Assembly (NCBI RefSeq): GCF_001194135.2
Contig: NC_068983.1
Location: forward strand, 154,984,944 to 155,048,943
Length of the DNA: 64,000 bases
Source: Octopus bimaculoides
Taxonomy: Eukaryota
Direction of reading: 5' to 3'
The notes beneath the pieces are model-generated. The model was not told where the DNA came from and searched no databases. It saw only the letters and a program-made list of their open reading frames with translations. The translations under genes and the position numbers were made by a program. Of the stretch, positions 63,570 through 64,000 are shown piece after piece. Each line of letters opens with the position of its first letter. Positions within the stretch are counted from its first letter, which is position 1.

Positions 63570-64000
63570 ACAACCCAAACACAAAACAATAAATTAAAAT
63601 ATCATCATTTCTAAAAATAGAGTTGACATCAATTCTAAAAATAGCCAAACACCTACTGCTGCTGCCCAAAAGAATTGGTATAAAAGACGGAAAACCAGCC
63701 AACTTATTACAGTCTGTAAAAGTCTGTCATACTGGCCATGAGGATGGGAAATAGCCCTGAAACTGGAGTCGCCTTTATCATCATCATCATTAACACTCAA
63801 TATTTCATCTACATTCAATACTTTATTTCATGGTGCCATCCATTTTTATTTTATTTTATATTATATATTGTATATTCCATATTCTATACCCAACATTGGT
63901 TCTGCAGGAATATAAATAAAACATAAAAAACAGACAGTGTTGGAACTCTTTTAAACAAAATAATATATTCCTCTATACACAATCATACAAACCCCCCCCT

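Overview
AT-rich eukaryotic draft-assembly DNA with about 19 N-gaps, most flanked by microsatellites. It is intron- or intergenic-like and dominated by repeats. The SINE families match those I recall from octopus (cephalopod) genomes; that species call is from memory and not verified. Supported content: (1) many copies of at least six SINE-like families (my working labels A-E and I), several with clean 11-17 bp target-site duplications; (2) non-autonomous DNA transposons: TTAA-flanked piggyBac-type MITEs (some nested), two hAT-type MITEs with 8-bp TSDs, a TA-flanked Tc1/mariner-type hairpin MITE, a Tigger/pogo-like deletion derivative, a Helentron/DINE-like element and a 470-bp foldback element; (3) short (TA)n-flanked elements carrying minimal type I hammerhead-ribozyme motifs of the Penelope-like (PLE) type, including a 519-bp palindrome with a hammerhead in each arm; (4) abundant microsatellites. 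No protein-coding gene can be named. A few short splice-flanked segments on both strands are weak exon candidates. Nearly all supplied ORFs are microsatellite, gap or antisense artefacts. No rRNA, true tRNA or CRISPR array was seen.
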